A DNA stretch of 62,448 bases, counting the filler. It is 4 parts of 4 records of this genome, joined end to end, with 100 filler letters (N's around TTAATTAATTAA, not from the genome) between each part and the next. Parts side by side here need not be neighbours in the genome. Positions count along the whole stretch, not along the records: positions 50,092 to 62,448 come from SRR22947725_2367; 3 more parts are not named here. One strand, written 5' to 3'. This document shows positions 61,913-62,448 of the stretch, one piece after another. Within the stretch, counting starts at the first letter, position 1; each line of letters begins with the position of its first letter. Under the pieces are notes generated by a model. The model had not been told where the DNA came from and made no database searches. It worked only from the letters and a program-made list of their open reading frames with translations. The position numbers and the translations under genes were made by a program.

Positions 61913-62448
61913 ATGAACGGCGTCATTCTTGACGCCCAAAGTCTGGGCCGGGGAATCGACCTTGGCCCTATCTTGACCCAACTCACCGCCTGGTCCACCT
62001 ACCCCGCGACACAAGAAAAAGACCTTTTAGACCGCGTTGAGCACGCGGACGTCGTACTCACCAACAAGGTGATGTTATCGCGCGAGGTCCTTCGTCATGC
62101 CAAACACCTCAAGCACATTAGCGTCATGGCGACCGGAACCAACAATATTGATCTTGCTGCCGCAAGCGAACAGGGCATTAGCGTGTCCAATGCGGTCGGC
62201 TACGCGACGCCGTCGGTCTCGCAACACGTCCTGACGCTGATACTGAATCTCGTGACAAACATGCCGCGCTATTTGCAGGACACGCAAACCGGCCAATGGC
62301 AAAAGAGTCCCGTCTTCTGCCGGCTTGATCATCCGATTATCGAGCTATCCGGTAAAACACTCGGCATTATCGGTCTCGGTGAATTAGGCCAGGCCGTTGG
62401 CAAGCTGGCGCAAGCTTTTGGGATGACCGTAATCGCAGCGAGCGCCCA
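61913..62448 (+). CDS. D-2-hydroxyacid (glycerate/hydroxypyruvate) dehydrogenase, runs off window end
   Basis: Absent from the ORF track. MNGVILDAQSLG...LTNKV...ATGTNNID...NAVGYAT.SV...ELSGKTLGIIGLGELG. Confidence 0.9.
   Translation, partial: MNGVILDAQSLGRGIDLGPILTQLTAWSTYPATQEKDLLDRVEHADVVLTNKVMLSREVLRHAKHLKHISVMATGTNNIDLAAASEQGISVSNAVGYATPSVSQHVLTLILNLVTNMPRYLQDTQTGQWQKSPVFCRLDHPIIELSGKTLGIIGLGELGQAVGKLAQAFGMTVIAASA

Overview
This window is a concatenation of four unrelated contigs, not one locus. They are joined by artificial 100-bp spacers (N44-TTAATTAATTAA-N44) at 23939-24038, 30837-30936 and 49992-50091. Contig A (1-23938, higher GC, Roseobacter-group-like) has partial miaB, irr-fabA-fabB-fabI, several catabolic enzymes, a non-pyrrolysine MttB methyltransferase next to a dimethylglycine-dehydrogenase-like gene, gcvTHP, and a PotD/PotF-like binding protein. 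Contig B (24039-30836, alphaproteobacterial) is a TPP-riboswitch-led operon thiD-thiO-thiS-thiG-thiE-thiF-thiY-tenA-ABC ATPase with no thiC. Contig C (30937-49991, AT-rich, compact, probably a streamlined marine actinobacterium such as Ca. Actinomarina) has a carboxylase/bioY/acpS/fabD cluster with divergent birA, orphan ABC permeases, an LLM oxidoreductase and many small hypothetical genes. Contig D (50092-62448, gammaproteobacterial) is the TCA cluster gltA / sdhCDAB-sucAB-lpdA, then a cyclophilin and a partial 2-hydroxyacid dehydrogenase. Most of the window is housekeeping, and I see no CRISPR array, mobile element or clear defence island. The best leads are in contig C: a candidate two-hairpin ncRNA (about 44956-45082, minus strand), an 86-aa DUF3574/SAM-lyase-like ORF, three sub-60-aa membrane ORFs missed by the ORF track, and a leaderless-mRNA signature. 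Contig D adds a 17-bp tandem repeat in an unusually long sdhA-sdhB spacer. All product and taxon calls come from motif recognition by eye; no searches were run.
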